Source: Fimicolochytrium jonesii (Eukaryota). Taken from it: DNA of 64,000 bases. Under the pieces are notes generated by a model. That model was not told the origin of the DNA and searched no databases. It worked only from the letters and a program-made list of their open reading frames with translations. Made by a program: the position numbers and the translations under genes. Positions 1-11,520 of this stretch are shown piece by piece. Location of the stretch: the NCBI RefSeq assembly GCF_025526975.1, contig NW_026515681.1:682001-746000 (forward strand). The letters run 5' to 3'. How positions within the stretch are numbered: the stretch's first letter is position 1; every line of letters starts with the position of its first letter.

Positions 1-794
1 CGAATGAGTCCGTGGCCGTGTATCATCTGGACACGAGGACGTTTGAGCGTCCTGCTTCGAAAAGTACGCCCACTCTGACTACGCAGACCCCAAGGGGCGA
101 TATTTCGAGACCAGTCGATAAGGTTACACCGCAAGAGATGTCATACAGAGGCAGAACTCCGGCCAATGAGAGAACTCAACCCCCAACAGCGTATGGGAGA
201 TCTATTCCCAAGGTTGAGATTGTGGCCGCTACTCCCAACGAGAGGAGCGGGGCCGACTACTTTGAGCAGCCGTCCTCGGCTGGGCAAAGAGGTCAACGTC
301 CGCCCAGCGCGAATAGATACAACAACGGTCATGAACCACAATCCTCGTGTGCGCAACCGACACCTACCCCCACGCAGCCCTCTCAACGCCCTAAGAGAGA
401 AAAACGATCCTGGGGCGTCGCCGCAAGCAAGAACATCGCCTCAACAGTCCGCCGTTTCTGGGAAACCGCCGGCGACGACACCGCCATTCCTCCCAACACC
501 CATAGATCCCACACCTCCTCCCGGTCCTCCTCCCACCCCTTCCCCGCCGACCCCAACACCACCCGCTTCACCACCAACGACGAAAGCATCAGCTACATCG
601 CCCCCGCCTCGGGCCCCGTCTCCGCCCGGACGTCTGCCGACACGAACCGCGGCAATGAGTACTCGGGCGTGCTGGATAAGACGTTTGGACTAGATGTGGA
701 GGAGATTAGCTTCAGAGGGGGGCATGACCCGAGTTTTTCGCTTGCGTCTGAGCAGTCATTTGGGGAAGGGGGGAGGCGGTATGCGAGGCGTTGA
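1..794 (+). CDS. 3' end of a Ser/Pro/Thr-rich hypothetical protein (5' part outside the window)
   Basis: Open frame from the window edge to TGA at 792-794, followed by a T-rich 3'UTR-like stretch; no recognisable domain. Confidence 0.5.
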   Translation, partial: NESVAVYHLDTRTFERPASKSTPTLTTQTPRGDISRPVDKVTPQEMSYRGRTPANERTQPPTAYGRSIPKVEIVAATPNERSGADYFEQPSSAGQRGQRPPSANRYNNGHEPQSSCAQPTPTPTQPSQRPKREKRSWGVAASKNIASTVRRFWETAGDDTAIPPNTHRSHTSSRSSSHPFPADPNTTRFTTNDESISYIAPASGPVSARTSADTNRGNEYSGVLDKTFGLDVEEISFRGGHDPSFSLASEQSFGEGGRRYARR

Positions 795-1569
795 GTGTTG
801 CCTCGCTGGCGTATCCTCAACGGCCTTCCTGACATTACGACGTAATCTACTCTGGAACAATCCCTTTGCTTTAATCGTTTTCTGGATCTGGGCGTACATT
901 TCTGCCTTTCTATGTAGTTTCTTTTCTGTTCCTTTTGTATTTGTGTTTTCCGGCTGTCACATATGTTCCTTACCCTGTACTCTCTTTTCATACCTTTTCT
1001 TTACAAGTTTCTTATTCCATAATACAAAGTTTATTCTGCCTTCCTTACACCCCGTCCTAGCGAGTTTCGAGTGAGCCCAACTTATCGTTGCCCAATGAGA
1101 AACCGTCCAAACCGCCAGAAACGGTAACACTTGCAGGAAGGGAGTAAATCAAGATCGCTAGGGGTACGAGCTCAGCCAGCCGGCCCGCCAGGGAGGATAT
1201 GGAAACAGGACCGGCGAGCGGGCGGGAGGGTAATGATGTGAAGAGCGCCCACCCTTCGGGATGGAGAGTTACCGGATCTTCCCGACGATCAGCATCGGTT
1301 TATCTTCCTTCTGTACGGCAAAAGAAAGTGAGAGGGAGAGGGTTTGTCAGGAGTGGGCTTTTTCAGTGGGGGGCAAACATCACAGGCAGCGATTTTATGT
1401 TACATACTCGCACGACCTCGGTCTTTGTCGTCTTCGCCCCGCTAAGGGCCGCCTCATCGTGCGCTTTTTCGTCGTAGAGTTTGAGGCCGGGTGCGAGGGT
1501 TGTGTCGGTCGGTTGTGGAAGGCGGGGCTGTGGGAAGTGGGATGGGGAAGGGATTGGAGAGATCGTAGG

Positions 1570-4500
1570 TTAGATTTGTGCATGATGTGTTGAGATGCTT
1601 TCCCTGCCTCGCCATCTGTGTGCATCCGAGTTGGTGTGCCCAATCCCACGGCCATCTCGCACACTGAGTAAGACGCCCTTATCGCGATGAACGACCCGAC
1701 TTACCCTGCTCGACTCATCCTCGACAGCCGCAGCATATTTCAATGGCTTCGGATGCTGGATCTGCGTCGCGAGGTCATCGCGCGGAGGTTCCTTGTAGAA
1801 CCGTGCGAGGGCGAGATTCGCGGATTCCAGTTTTGAGTAGAGGGCCGTCTGGGTGGGGAGAGATTGGGAGAATGTGTTAGTTCGGGATATGTGAAGCGGG
1901 GATATTGGGGGTGAGATGTGAGACGTGAGATGTGAGATGAGAGAGGGGTAAGAGGGACAAACCGGACCTTCTGCCAGTTGCCCACGGTCCCCTCGGCGGT
2001 ATCGCTGTCGGCCGCGGGCACGAGACGGAAGTCGCCCGATGCGAAGGCGCGGGATATTGTTTTGAAGCGGCGGAGATAACTGTCGGATTTCCACATGTTC
2101 ATGAAATAGATTCGGAAGGGGAAAAGATATGAGAGTACGCAGACACTCACGCAAACCCCCGCTCCAGCTCCGCTCTCCGTTCGTCCTTTTCAGCCGGAAG
2201 CGGGTTTTGGGACACGGAGGATGTGATGGTGCCTTTCGCTTTGATCTGAGTGAGGGTGGGATACATTAGCATGATACCGAAGAGATGTGGTATGATACAC
2301 AGAGTAGTTTCTGTGACGCACCTCCTTCCCGGGAACTTGCGTCCGCAATACGCCTCGCGAATCGACATATTCCTTTGGAATGGTTTCTGTTGTGCCTTCT
2401 TCTGATGCTATCCCTAAAAATTTCGTTGCAGAGTCAGGCTCAAGTGAGTCTCCTGGTGGGCATAATCTGGAAATCAGGTGAGATTAACATACCGTGAAGT
2501 TTCATCAACCTCCTTGCCCGGTCCTTCCGGTTTTGGCGTGCCCGTGCGGAAAGGAAGTCTTCGAACGTTCGGGTCTGCCATTCGACGTGGAAGACGAAAG
2601 AGTTGTAAGTTCCCGACGCCTCACGGGGAATGAAGTAACTGAGGTGATCTCCAGCGCATACCATACTATTGTACTCCTCCGTGCGTCTCGCGACCTCCTT
2701 TTCGAGGAACTCAGCAAACTTCTCGCGCTCTTTTAGCCGTTTGCCGAGCAGCTGGTTTTCGCTCATTAAAGAGCTGTATTTGATGCTCATGCCCTCATAG
2801 TCGAACCGGAGTTCGCTCGTTTCCTACAAAAGCAAACGACAGCTGAGCCAAACCATCCACACAAATGTAGGGATCGGAATGCGGTCCGCAACTTACCCTC
2901 GATATCCTCTTCAGCATATTCGCAATCGAGTTATGCCCCTCTCCCTTCGCATCCAACGCCATCCTGATAACCTTATGCCTCAAATGCTCCTTCTCCTGAA
3001 TCAGCACGCCCATCTTGGCATTATACTCATCCACCTTCCTCGCATAATCCGTCTCCAGCCGCCCCTTGGCGTCCTCCTTATCGGAGATGGTCTTGTTCCG
3101 CGCCTCGACGGTGGCGACGAGCTCTTTGATCCGCGTCTCAAGCGTTTTGAGATGTGATTGCAGTTTGTCGCATTTGGACTCGAGGGAAAGGTTTTGACGC
3201 TGTAGGAGGGATACGAGTGATTTTTGTTCGCTTTCTTGCGAGGTTTTGAGGTGGTCGATTTCGCGGGCGTGGGTTTTGCGGAGGGCTTCCATATCCTGCG
3301 TGAGCGTGAGGCAATCCGTCAGCAGTGAGAATCGATCCTCCCAGCGGGAAGCCAGGAACGTAGACATACCATCTCATGCTTCTGCATCAAATTCTGCAAA
3401 TCGCTCCCCTCAATCAAGCTCATAATCTTTGCATCCTTCGCAATCATCATGTCCGCATAAAACTTGTCCTTGGCCTGCACGACATACATAATCTCCTGCT
3501 CATACCGAGCCGCCTGACTCGACAGCTCGTCCTCCAACTTCGCCGCCTCCACGTTGAACAGGAACTCGCTGGTCGTCCTGTACTCGTCGAACTGCGACTG
3601 CATCGCGTACAGCAGACCCTGGTACTCCTGCATCAGCTGCTTTTTTTCTTCGAATTGTTCTCGTTTGTGCGTTTCGAATTCGTCCCGGAGTTTGTTGTAT
3701 TCGTCTTGTTGAACGGTGCGGTAGGCGTCATTTTCGAGTTTAGTGATTTCGATGAATTCCTCGTATTCTTTACGGATGCCTTCGATTAGCTGTCGGAATG
3801 TGTGTGAGGGGATAGATCAGATTTACGAAAAGTCGTTCTCTCTATGCTTTCTGATGCCCCCTTACCGCTTCCACGCCCTGCAGCTGATTCTGCTGCTCAT
3901 TATGCCGCCTATTCGCGTCAGCGGCGATATCCACAATCTGACGCTTCTGTTGCTGAATGATGGTCTGTGCTTCGTCAAACTTGGATTGCAGGGCTTGGTA
4001 GTCGTCGGATACTGTTCCACTCTTATCGGCTATAAATTTGGACAGAGTTCAAATGCTCCGTTCAAATCGTTGGGGTATGATTGGAACAATAGACTTACGA
4101 TCATTCTGTGCATCCTCCTCGGCTTTCAGTGCGTTGGCACGAAACCGACGTAGATCATGCAGCTCGTCCATCACATCGTTTGCCTGACGCTTGGCATCCT
4201 CTATATCGCCGAGAGAGATCTTTCAATCTCAATCCAATCTCCACCTCTCCACATGTCTGCTTGCCCCATACCAGCTTTCTCGACCTCCTCCTCATACGCG
4301 CTCTGTGTCTTCCCCAGGTCCTCTCTCACTTGCTTCAGCTCCGCGGATTTTCGCTCGAGCGTAAACAGCGCCTCCGCGAGGTCCTTAGCAGCATTTTGGG
4401 CCACCGACGGCGCTGTCTTGAGGGGGACGCCAGGAAGTCAAGGTAGAGAAGAGAGATGGGCACGTCTGTGAGATGAAGCGGCAGGTGTTGGGGTTCAAAA

Positions 4501-4934
4501 CAGATTTGTTCCACATTACCGATTCGCTGCCAATGCGTGGACCCTTTTTGACTGCACTCTGTGTCTGTATAGGTTGTAGGACAATGAATGAGCCATTTGA
4601 CTGGCGTTCTCGCATTCCGCACAATCTCCAAAGCCCAGACATACCGTGGGACGTGACGCGGCGGGGGCCTTCTCCTCCTCCATCCGGAGCCTTAGATCCC
4701 GTATCTCTTCATCCAGCGTCTCATTTTGTACAGTCTTGTTGTATAGCTATACGATTAACAAATGCCGAATGAGAACCATACAGTAAGTAAGATGATCTAT
4801 GTTTGGATTGCAGTCATATGAAAAGCCGCTTTTCCCGGCGCTCTTACTTCGCGCTGTAACGCATTGAACTGAGCTCGGAGCTGGTTATTCTCCTGGAAGA
4901 GCTGGTGCAGGAAGTCGGAGTCTACTTTGTCCAT
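1570..4934 (-). CDS. Multi-exon long coiled-coil protein of unknown function
   Basis: Chain of minus-strand heptad-rich exons (MDKVDSDFLHQLFQENNQLRAQF..., QSQFDEYRTTSEFLFNVEAAKLEDEL..., DMEALRKTHAREIDHLK...) separated by short GT-AG introns; start and end approximate. Confidence 0.65.
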
Positions 4935-5579
4935 GATAGCACCAATGCCTGCTGATATGTTTTTCGACCCTTTCCGGCTCACGATTCCACTGTAGCTTTG
5001 TTTCAACTGATTTTTCTCGACATGGGCGAAACTGCGGTTGACAGCACCTTACGTAAGGGAATTCGACAGCGCGAAGTCCTGTCGTTGGGTGGTCTGGCAA
5101 GGTATCTTTTCCGTTCAAGTGTGTTCTTGTTGTATCGCTCTTGCAGTCAATTGAAACTCAGCAAGGTTGACAGTTTAGTCATCATAATGATCCGCATCAG
5201 CTTCGCAACCACAGATGCCGCATTTGCTTAGAAGGATCGTCTCAGGATCGCAGCGATGTGCTTGCGCTGGCGTTAGGGAAGACTTTCGGTAGTTTCAGTA
5301 ACGCAAACCCTCGGAGTCGCCAAAGCCAGTAGAGCAGTAGATCTGCCGCCTCAACTCTGCTGTTTCAATATCCCATGTGTCTCCTCTGCAAGGTCCGGGA
5401 GGGAACCCAGGCTGGCCGGGCAACCTTTTTTAAACTTTACCGGTGGAGCTAAATGCGAACAAGGTTTGTCGCCACAGATCGTCTCTTTCCCAGGCAAAGC
5501 GGCGGAGAGTGGCCTGTCTACGTCGCTTCTCCTTATCCCTACCTTGCAAAAGTCCTCCAGCATCATCATCCTCGCGAGA

Positions 5580-7145
5580 ATGTCCGACCGCCTTTCGCCC
5601 CAACGATCCCCGACCCGCCGTCCCGACGCCCCTCTTTACAATCCTCCGGCCCGCAAATCCCCCACAAGCGCCCAGATTCCTGCGACACACCTCCGGGTTC
5701 CCAGCAGCAGCACAGCGACGTCGCCCGTAGTCGATTGTGCCGCTCTCGAAGCCACCAGCGCAGGCCAAACGCCGACGGCCCCATCCCGATCCAACCGCGT
5801 CGTGCACGCCTGGGAGACCCCCGACGCATCGCCATCTCCGGCAATAACGACTCCGACCCCGACACGTATCGTCCATGCATGGGAAACCGCCTCAAACGAC
5901 ACGGCGCCACCCGCATCCCGCGCCAGAGTCGACTCTGGGCGGCCGGGAAGCAGTGGATGGGATGATAGGGATAGGGATAGGGGCAGGTCGCCTCGAGGTG
6001 GGAGTGCGCGGCGGGGTCGGGGTGGGAGTGGGAGGAGGCCTGAGGGGTCGCATGAGCGGGAATCGCCCCGCCATGCATCGTATGGGGATACGCATAAAGG
6101 TTCTGGACGTAAAGAGGATGGGGGTGGTCTGCATGTTCAGCAGCATGGCAGGGAGCCGTGGGATGTGGAGGAGGAAACGGTCAGTCTAAGCTATTTGCAA
6201 CACGGTGACCCGGATGTGCGCGTGGTCACGCTGAAAGTGCCGGTTCAAAAAGAGAGAGGTCGTTCGGCAGGCGGTGGAAGGAATGGGAATTCCAGAGATG
6301 TGAGCGAGCAGCAATCGTCTAGGCGGGACGATGGGTTCCGATCGCTGGATAATCGGGGACGAGGCAGCAACCATGGGTCTCGGTCAGGCTCGGTTAGGAC
6401 GCTTGAACGGCGTTGTGTTACTCCAGATGGGCATGCAAGGAGGGAACCGACAGCCAAATCGACCATTTTTGATCGGCTTGGTCCGCGAGTTGACGATGAT
6501 GAAAGTGATGATGAGGTTGGTGGTGATGACTGCAGCGCATCAACAATCCAAGCACCAGGACCGACCCTCAGCTTCGTTGGCGCGGCACGTCGTCAAGGAC
6601 AATTCGCAAACCAATCGAGGGACAGGGATGGCGCGTGCTCCAGAGATGCCTCTCGATCCAAATCGTCCGGACCGCCCAATGCCCTTCAAGGAGACGGTGA
6701 CGATGATTTTGGTGGTGCTGACGGCCCCGCAGCAACGATACAGGCACCAGGACCGACCCTCAGCTTCGTCGGCGCGGCGCACCGTCATGGAAAGGGTGCA
6801 AACACATCTACGGAACGGAATGGCGCGTATTTCAGAGATGCTTCTCGTTCCAACTCGTCCGGGCCACCGCCGAATCGCGGCAAAGAAGGCGGTCTCGATG
6901 CGTCGAGAGCGGACATTGCGCGGGTTCCCGCCCAGAATCCCACGCCATCCGCACCACCCTCATCGCAATTGGACTCACAAGCCCTTAAAGCTCCCGACCA
7001 AATCCAGGGACCATCATCGCCGCGGACACCAGCAGCATCTCAACAACCGCCCGCCATCCCTCAAAAAGCACCAGAGAAAACCGTCTCGCCGAAAGCTGTG
7101 TTTGTTCCTGTGGAGATGCCGCTTTCGTGGGCTGACGACGAGTAA
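5580..7145 (+). CDS. Low-complexity Arg/Ser/Gly/Pro-rich hypothetical protein with internal repeats
   Basis: Long uninterrupted ORF; VHAWET motif twice and TIQAPGPTLSFVGAA...RDASRSxSSGPP unit twice (192-nt period). Confidence 0.5.
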   Translation: MSDRLSPQRSPTRRPDAPLYNPPARKSPTSAQIPATHLRVPSSSTATSPVVDCAALEATSAGQTPTAPSRSNRVVHAWETPDASPSPAITTPTPTRIVHAWETASNDTAPPASRARVDSGRPGSSGWDDRDRDRGRSPRGGSARRGRGGSGRRPEGSHERESPRHASYGDTHKGSGRKEDGGGLHVQQHGREPWDVEEETVSLSYLQHGDPDVRVVTLKVPVQKERGRSAGGGRNGNSRDVSEQQSSRRDDGFRSLDNRGRGSNHGSRSGSVRTLERRCVTPDGHARREPTAKSTIFDRLGPRVDDDESDDEVGGDDCSASTIQAPGPTLSFVGAARRQGQFANQSRDRDGACSRDASRSKSSGPPNALQGDGDDDFGGADGPAATIQAPGPTLSFVGAAHRHGKGANTSTERNGAYFRDASRSNSSGPPPNRGKEGGLDASRADIARVPAQNPTPSAPPSSQLDSQALKAPDQIQGPSSPRTPAASQQPPAIPQKAPEKTVSPKAVFVPVEMPLSWADDE

Positions 7146-7696
7146 TCGGTTCCACCTTTCGTAGTCTGGGCCAATGCTGATTTTTTTTAGCGGATAGAGA
7201 TTAGGATGTTGGGTAGGTTATGTAGTGCAGGGATAGCATTATGTAGCGTGCGTGGATAATGGAGATGGTAATTGGGGGCACTAAGACTCCAATGCGTCTT
7301 GGAATAGATAATGTTGCTTCTCATCGGCTTTTCATGAAATGAACTGAGCCGTCACACTCTTCGGATCCAAACCGGGTCAGAACGATGAACGAAAGATGGA
7401 CGGATTTCACCGTTCGCCAAATGTCCATCACAACCAGAGATTTCGGCGTACAGTCCAATTGTCCAGCTGTCATGGGCTAGCCACGAGGTCACCCAGGGAC
7501 CCCACCGCCTCTAAGGAACGGGTCGCTTCTGGCCTGAGACAGCCGGACCTGGCCGTTTCGAATCGCGCAGGACCAAGAACTCAAAAATCCAGAGAAACAC
7601 TGACAGGGTCGGAGATTGCCCAAAACTTGGAGGTGTCATCTAAGTCATGTGATCCTTCGCCCAGTTTTATTGCTTCCGATGGCCCTGACTTGAAGA

Positions 7697-8515
7697 ATGA
7701 TGGACTTGCCTTCGGTCGGGGACGAAAAGATGGCTCAATCACCCGAAAGCACAAGCGGCACAAGCGCTCTGGTGCCCAACGACAGGTTCCGCCTTTTCCT
7801 ACAGCGAATGGAAATCGCAGAAACCAAGTTCTTCTTCGCCGACCTCCCCCCACGACTCACGTCCCTAATCACTCTGCAAAACAGTCATCCGCTCCAAGAC
7901 CTCTCCCACATCGGCGAGGTTACCTTCCTGGCAGCCGGCCTCAAAGCCGCCGTTCTGATATCCTTCCCGGCTCTGGGATATACGGGCAACGAGGAGTTGG
8001 AGTGGCACGTGCGAAGTTGCATAGCGCGATACGTCAGTTGGGTGGTGATGCCTGCGTTATCTGAGCATAAGGGGTCGGATGCGGACCCGAAGTATAAGTT
8101 GCTTGAATGTTCCCGGCATCTGCGAAGTCCGCATACGGTGGAGTTGCAGGGAGCTTTCTTCGTGATCAACCTACGGCATCCGAAAGCTGCGGAGGTGTGC
8201 CGTCTGTTGGAGCATGGGAATCGGACTCGCCCACTGACGGAGCAAAACTTGGCGTTTATTCTCGACTATCCCGTTTCACTGCCGGAATCCGACCCTAGGC
8301 CCGTTCCACTGGCTATAGGGGAGGAAGGTGAAAGCACTGCTTGGGACGGGCAAGTCATTCGCGAGGTGGCGTATGTGGAGACGACGCATGGGAAACCTTG
8401 GACGACGTATGCAGCGGTGCCAGCCCTGCACGGCCCTCTTATTGTGGAGCATTTTCGACGATATCAGAAGGTCATGGCGGAGGCAGGAGTGTCATTGGGC
8501 ATGGTCACGCATTGA
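7697..8515 (+). CDS. Hypothetical globular protein (272 aa)
   Basis: Single long ORF with protein-like composition; no motif recognised. Confidence 0.45.
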   Translation: MMDLPSVGDEKMAQSPESTSGTSALVPNDRFRLFLQRMEIAETKFFFADLPPRLTSLITLQNSHPLQDLSHIGEVTFLAAGLKAAVLISFPALGYTGNEELEWHVRSCIARYVSWVVMPALSEHKGSDADPKYKLLECSRHLRSPHTVELQGAFFVINLRHPKAAEVCRLLEHGNRTRPLTEQNLAFILDYPVSLPESDPRPVPLAIGEEGESTAWDGQVIREVAYVETTHGKPWTTYAAVPALHGPLIVEHFRRYQKVMAEAGVSLGMVTH

Positions 8516-9797
8516 AGGAGGAATGCCTCTGATTGCGTTGTAGGGAAGACTATGGCAATTCAGGACATCCTGGATCGTGTCCGAACTGGGCGCCATGTGA
8601 GGACCCATCGAGTCGCGACAGATGAAAATAGCGCAATGCAGTTCAATGCAGTTCAAACGACCGTTGAGCCGAGTTTGTTATTCCAAAATCATTCCGACAC
8701 CAACAATCTAACAAAATCCACTATCTGCGGTCAAGTCCAGAGCATGTCCGATCTATGGTGGTACAAGGAAAGGACTGCCAGCGAGTGTTTGCGCTAATGA
8801 AGCATCGGCGGCACGATCAAGTAAATCCACCCTGATCCTTCTTCGGCATTCGAGCGACTAGTGCCCAATATCTCATTCAACCTATCCTCGGCCTTCATGA
8901 TATTGCCTGCCCTTGCGTAATACATCTTGGATCCGGATGCTGCGCCATGCCGCCGGCGATCGGCCCTATGCTGACCAAACCGGGGCTCAATGTCGATCGT
9001 ACCACCACCAGTCACGCCATGACGACGTGCGAATCTTCTGGCCAGCTCATAGAGGTCATCTTGAACCAATGCCGGCTGGACGAGCTCTAAATCTATGTAT
9101 TGCGCTGGGGACGAAGTGGGATATCGTGATTCGTGAGAAGACGCGCAGGACAGTTCTTACGGTTCACGGACACTCACGCGCGACACGATTGTCTGAAGCG
9201 GCGTAGTTATCGGCAAGTGCTGCGGCAACCGCTGGTTGCGGCCGTGGTCGGGGAGGTGTAGCGTTGAGGTTGACGCGGTGTTGGTTGCTCCTCACCGTCT
9301 TGCGCTCGCCGTCATCGTTGTAGTATTCTGAGCCATCACTTCTTTGGTAAATTTTCAGCGTGCGGCCGTCGCTCAACTCCACGTGGGTCATCTTCGTCGT
9401 AGGATGAGGGTGGGGCGAGATTCACAGTCGCAGTCGTTATAGCGGACGACCTCACTGGCGTACTGTCGTCAGCTTTTGGACAGCATGTTGAGTCTGCCGA
9501 GCTGCAAATCCTGCGTTGGCTTCCCTTTGTTGGTTGCCTTCGAAGTTCGAAGACAAAGGCGACAAGGGAATAAAACATGCGTAATAAACTCCAACGGCCA
9601 CGTGATCGAGAACAACTAATGAGCTTCTTGAAGGACACTTGCGCAACTTGGCCTTTCCCCCATCCCCAGGAACTTCATCCCCTGGAATCCCAAAAGCCCG
9701 TCTCTGTATATACACCTGCCTATTGGATCCAGGGACCGTTGTCGTGTCACGGACGTTGATATATTTGGGAACTCTGAATTAGCGCCGTCTTGTCAAA

Positions 9798-11520
9798 ATG
9801 GGAGGAGGAGATTTGGTAAGTGCTTCCCCGCCGTCAACCGATCCAACGCTCAGTACCGGTCCACTACCGTAGTCAGGACTAACCACCAGTCCCATCTTCC
9901 TCGCAGAACTTGAAAAAGTCCTGGCATCCAGGAACCCTCCGCAACCAAGAAAAAGTATGGAAAAAAGAACGCGACGCCGAAGAAGAGCGAAAAAAGCTCG
10001 AGCAGCTTCGCAAAGAGAAAAATGAAGAACGCCAATTGATGGAGCTGCAAGCTCTCAACGAAGCCACGGGAAAACGCAAACATGCCGAACGACTAGACTG
10101 GATGTACTCCGCGGGCCCGAGCGGGAACCAGGCCCTCGTCGATGAGGAGCGCGAGGCCTACCTGTTGGGCAAGAAGCGCGTGGATAAGATGGTGGAGCAG
10201 GGGCAGACGGTTAAGGAGATGGAGGCCTCGGCGGCGTTTGCGGCGGTGAACAAGTATGGGCTTGTCGCGAATAACGTGCGCGATACGCAGAATAAGATTA
10301 GGGAGGATCCGATGTTGGCTATCAAGAAGAGGGAGCACGCGTCGTTGCAGGCAGTGTTGAATAATCCGGTGGAGCTGAAGAGGTTACGGCAGGAGAAGGG
10401 TGGGAAGAAGGAGAAGAAGGAGAAGAAAGAGAAGAAAGAGAAGAAAGAGAAAAAGATTAAGCGAGAAGAGAGGCGAGATAGTGCGGTACATGAGGAGTCT
10501 GACGATCGGGATAGATCGCGACGACGGAGCGCACATGGGCAAGATCATGATTTCCCGCCTCGTCGCAGTCGTAGTCGCAGCCGCAGCGTAGATTGGGATG
10601 GCAGGCGACAGAACATTGACAGGGACGAACGAAACAGATACCCGAAGTCCAGAGCAGCACATACGCAGCAAAGCCGGTCCCCACGTCGCCGGTCACCGGA
10701 TAATGGATACCACAATCGCGATGCACCCATCTCATATTCGTCCCGTGGGTCCGGAAAACGATTACGGTCACCGTCAACAAGTCCGTCGGTGTCACCACCT
10801 CGTCGACATCGACGAATCGATGATAGCGTTTCTCCTCCTCGGAGGAGACGGACGTCATCTAGGGATTCGGCTTCGCCGCCTGTGAAACGGGAAAGGTCAC
10901 CGTATGATGGTCGTAAGAAAAACAGTTACCGACGAGATTCTCGAGACAGGAGAGATTGGAGGGATGATAGGAATGGCGTGGGAGATAGGGGAAGGCCGGC
11001 ACCGCGTCGGGTTGACTCGAGAGATCGGTCGTTGGGAAGACGGTCGCGGTCGCCCCCAACCCGGCATTATGGAAACGGTCGGGCAAGACAGGGTTCCTAC
11101 GAGTTCCCGAAACGAAGTACATCACCATCACGCTCAGAAAAACCGACAATCTCAGCGACACCCATCAAAAAGGAAGCCACCACTACAGCACCCATCAGGC
11201 ACGAACCCCCGAAAACCACCCCAGTCAACGCCGACCCCGACCGCGCCGCCCGCCTCGCCGAAATGCAACGGGACGCCGAATCCTGGGACCTCGCCCGCAC
11301 ACAACGCGTCGAATCCGACCGTCAAGCGCAAAAGGAGGAGGATGAGCGGGATATGAAGGCTAGATTGGCGAGATTAAACAGGGGTGATGGTGATAAGGAG
11401 ACGTTTATGATGGATTTGCAGCGGCAGGCGTTTTTGGGTGGGGGTGCGAGTGCGGCGGATCGGATTACGAGGAACAAGGCGTTGGTGCAGCGGAGAGGGG
11501 AGGGATTTTTGGAGGGGTGA
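9798..11520 (+). CDS. CWC25: Pre-mRNA splicing factor CWC25
   Basis: ATG at 9798, exon 1 MGGGDL, GTAAG...CAG intron 9816-9906, then NLKKSWHP...NQEKVW...RLDWMY...AYLLGK...KIREDPMLAIKKRE (Cir_N/CWC25 signatures) and an RS-rich tail. Confidence 0.92.

Noticed and set aside
8794..9391. Minus-strand ORF pair that may form a small gene
   Set aside because: No recognisable family and the frames could not be joined confidently
10395..10460. GAGAAGAAA microsatellite-like run
   Set aside because: Encodes the KKE repeats typical of CWC25
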